Origin: a virus
Lineage: Duplodnaviria; Caudoviricetes
Reading direction: 5' to 3' (one strand)
Length of the DNA: 24,702 bases
Virus record (IMG/VR): IMGVR_UViG_3300032282_001299
Span: 1 to 24,702 of that record
The translations under genes and the position numbers were made by a program. Positions within the stretch are counted from its first letter, which is position 1. Each line of letters starts with the position of its first letter. Positions 22,644 to 24,702 of the stretch are shown here, piece after piece. The notes beneath the pieces were generated by a model. The model saw only the letters and a program-made list of their open reading frames with translations. It searched no databases and was not told where the DNA came from.

Positions 22644-23853
22644 CTTTTGTGCTCTTTTCTATGCTTTCTTTATATTTCTTCACCATTGAAGTTCTAGATG
22701 CCCCATCCGAAGTTGTCAATTTAGGAACAACTCTAGATTTGAAATCACCCTTAGACGCAACCTTCATAAGCATTCTCCATGAGATGCCTGTGACCGGATG
22801 TGGGGTGAAAAGTATTGGGTCGGTAGTTCTGCGATAGTGGCGATTAATATGCCCTTGTAGTTGCTTCGCTACAAACTTGCGTTCTTCAGGTGGGAACTTA
22901 TCTAGTTCGGCTAGAACTTTCTGTTCCCAAGTTTCACCTTCAGCAAGGTCGTCTTCCTTCACGCCACCTTGACCTGCATGGTAGAGCGCACCTCTTGCGT
23001 ATCGGGCTGCAGTCTTAGCCCCTGGCACTCTGTCGCCCAACTTATCCCATACATCAGGGAAGCATTTAGCGAACATCCATAAAGATTGCATTGGCTGTTC
23101 ACCGTATGGTGGTGCGATGCGTTGAAGATGATGAGCCATGCCTGCTAACTCCATCATGTCGTAGCCTCGGTTGTAGTCCCACCCATGCAGTTTCGGTGCT
23201 CGCCACACATCTTGTGTAGACCAGTCGTAGATTGGATAGACCTTCGCCATGCCTTTCTCGTGTTCAATGATGTAGTTATCTACCTCTTTGCGAGTGACTG
23301 CTTGACGACGACGGATTGATTCATCTGCTCGGATACCCATAATGAAACAAGTTCTGCCGTACTTACGAGGTGGATAAAGGATTGGGTCGGTCTCGGTGAA
23401 CGGTAGTCGTGCGCTTGCAGGCCAAATAGCAAAACCTTCTGCCTCTGTTTTCCCTTCAGGTGGAAGTGGGCGAACCCATTTTTCTTCCATCTCTGGAGCC
23501 CATGGATGCCAAATAGAATCGCCTTCTTCTGACGAGCAACTGTTTCGGTGGGCGATAGGCAAGCACCACCAGTCCAAATCAATGTCCTCAATCTCTGATA
23601 CACGCCTAACATATTCTTCTGTTTCGTAGGGAATTGCTTCCTCGTCAAAATGCTTGACCTTCAATGGCAATCGGTTTCTACGCCGTGCTTCTTCTAGCGC
23701 AAGGTTCAAGCAGACAGTCGAGTCTTTGCCACCCGAGAACGAAACGATAACTGTGTCAAATAAATCAAATGCCCTTGACACTCGTTCAACAGCCATCTCA
23801 TAAACATTCTTGTCAATGAAAGTCTGTCTTATATATTCTTTTGGGCGAGCCAC
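22633..23853 (-). CDS. ibrA: PAPS-reductase-like PP-loop protein, IbrA/YbdN family
   Basis: VSFSGGKDS PP-loop, FDEEA, MGIRADESIRR, YPIYDWSTQDVW, YNRGYDMMELAG, QRIAPPYG, WDKLGDRVPGA. Confidence 0.85.
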   Translation of the reverse strand: MARPKEYIRQTFIDKNVYEMAVERVSRAFDLFDTVIVSFSGGKDSTVCLNLALEEARRRNRLPLKVKHFDEEAIPYETEEYVRRVSEIEDIDLDWWCLPIAHRNSCSSEEGDSIWHPWAPEMEEKWVRPLPPEGKTEAEGFAIWPASARLPFTETDPILYPPRKYGRTCFIMGIRADESIRRRQAVTRKEVDNYIIEHEKGMAKVYPIYDWSTQDVWRAPKLHGWDYNRGYDMMELAGMAHHLQRIAPPYGEQPMQSLWMFAKCFPDVWDKLGDRVPGAKTAARYARGALYHAGQGGVKEDDLAEGETWEQKVLAELDKFPPEERKFVAKQLQGHINRHYRRTTDPILFTPHPVTGISWRMLMKVASKGDFKSRVVPKLTTSDGASRTSMVKKYKESIEKSTKDES

Positions 23854-24476
23854 TCTGCCACCACCTTCATAAGAGCGTCATTGCGATTTGTAATTCCTGT
23901 GGCGTGAAGGGCATCACGCAAGGTGTCAAACTCGGCTGAGGTTAGATAGAACTGAGCAACCTTCGTGTCATTGGTGACATGATTGGACTCGCTTTCCATA
24001 GGGTTGTGAGCACCTTCAGTGTCAATACTGGTGATACCCGACACAGCCATGTTGGCGATTGACTGCGACTGGCTAGCAAGCATGTCGTCAAGGTCGTCCT
24101 GATTCCAGACAAGACCTTCCATGTCGTAGCCCCTAGCGAACTCAGAAAGGATTTCTGCCAGTGCAAAACTGTCGTAGTCGGCAAGGTCGCTTGTGCGATT
24201 ATCGGCAAGCAAGATACGCAAGGCTCGGTCATCGTCCATGTCAAGTTCAATCACAGCAATCTTGTCCCACTTCAGCGACTTTGCAGCCGACCAAGTGTGG
24301 TTGCCTGCGACGATAAAGCCAGTTGATTTCTGTACGAGGATTGGTCGGTATTGACCGTGCGCTTCAAGTGAAGTGCAGATTGCACCTACATCACCTTGAC
24401 GGACATTCTTCGGATGGGGGGAGATGCTGTCTATTGGGACTGCGCTCTTGGCTAGTTCTTTTCGGATATTGCTCAT
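23829..24476 (-). CDS. ParB N-terminal (ParB/Srx-like) domain protein
   Basis: VPIDSISPHPKNVRQGDV..I..SL..HGQYRPILV...IVAGNHTW.AAK.L.W...LADNRTSDLA, typical of phage ParB-like domains near packaging genes. Confidence 0.88.
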   Translation of the reverse strand: MSNIRKELAKSAVPIDSISPHPKNVRQGDVGAICTSLEAHGQYRPILVQKSTGFIVAGNHTWSAAKSLKWDKIAVIELDMDDDRALRILLADNRTSDLADYDSFALAEILSEFARGYDMEGLVWNQDDLDDMLASQSQSIANMAVSGITSIDTEGAHNPMESESNHVTNDTKVAQFYLTSAEFDTLRDALHATGITNRNDALMKVVAEWLAQKNI

Positions 24477-24561
24477 AGAGGGCTTTCACTCCATTGGGTC
24501 GGGTAATCCAAAACGAAATCAATGCGATATCGAATATGGCTAGCAGGATTACAAAAATCAT
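24391..24561 (-). CDS. Possible small membrane protein
   Basis: MIFVILLAIFDIALISFWITRP... is hydrophobic, with an ATGA overlap to an upstream open frame. It overlaps the ParB gene by 86 nt, so it is uncertain. Confidence 0.3.
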   Translation of the reverse strand: MIFVILLAIFDIALISFWITRPNGVKALYEQYPKRTSQERSPNRQHLPPSEECPSR

Positions 24562-24701
24562 TGAGGCCATGCGAAACACTCTACACATGTTTTATAAACA
24601 ATGAAAGTATTTGCTCTGATGACTGATGCTAAATGCAGACGCTTATCCAGTTGAAGTGGCTCGCAAAGAAACTTGTTTATTTCGCCGTTGCACGCTCTGC
24701 G
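24558..24701 (-). CDS. 3' end of a hypothetical gene entering from the right edge
   Basis: Open frame ...RRACNGEINKFLCEPLQLDKRLHLASVIRANTFIVYKTCVECFAWPQ*. Confidence 0.3.
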   Translation of the reverse strand, partial: RRACNGEINKFLCEPLQLDKRLHLASVIRANTFIVYKTCVECFAWPQ

Positions 24702-24702
24702 A

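Larger units (their letters stand above)
1..24702 (-). mobile_element. Tailed phage/prophage genome segment (HK97-like head, non-contractile tail)
   Basis: Packaging, head, tail and lysis modules followed by recombination and replication genes, all co-oriented. No sheath gene and no host housekeeping genes. Confidence 0.95.

Noticed and set aside
119-23629. All plus-strand ORFs in the track
   Set aside because: Each lies antisense to a well-supported minus-strand gene and shows no recognisable motif. They are shadow ORFs.
22633-23853. Auxiliary metabolic gene cysH for sulfate assimilation
   Set aside because: Length, C-terminal extension and the adjacent IbrB-like gene fit IbrA/YbdN, and the C-terminal ECGLH motif of true PAPS reductases is absent.
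22134-24476. ParABS plasmid-prophage partition system
   Set aside because: No ParA ATPase in the window, and both proteins are the short ParB/Srx-like type found near packaging genes.
1-24702. tRNA, integrase/att site, intron or intein
   Set aside because: No cloverleaf, recombinase motif or interrupted core gene was recognised. Terminase, portal and capsid have normal lengths.

Overview
A 24.7-kb, almost fully coding stretch of a tailed dsDNA phage or prophage (HK97-type head, siphovirus-type tail). All credible genes are on the minus strand. Read from the right end: ParB-like / PAPS-reductase-like (IbrA/YbdN) / ParB-like (IbrB/YbdM) / cupin cassette; HNH, terminase small and large; portal; prohead protease; major capsid; head-tail and tail genes with a -1 frameshifted chaperone; tape measure; LamG-containing tail protein; Thr-rich surface protein; holin-like genes and M15-type endolysin; a repeat-rich non-coding gap; a self-contained orphan gene; YqaJ exonuclease plus ERF annealase; small early genes; HTH replication initiator; secreted Rpf-like transglycosylase; truncated XRE regulator. 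No integrase, tRNA or CRISPR was seen. The Rpf domain points to an actinobacterial host (inference). The main candidates are (1) a prohead protease built as a four-domain polyprotein with an apparently intact Dps mini-ferritin domain and Arg-based putative cleavage sites at the domain borders, suggesting a capsid cargo-loading system, (2) a PP-loop/ParB/cupin cassette translationally coupled to the packaging genes, a candidate DNA-modification system, (3) a stand-alone Rpf-like enzyme, and (4) apparent total absence of GATC. All family calls come from motif recognition by eye, with no database searches.
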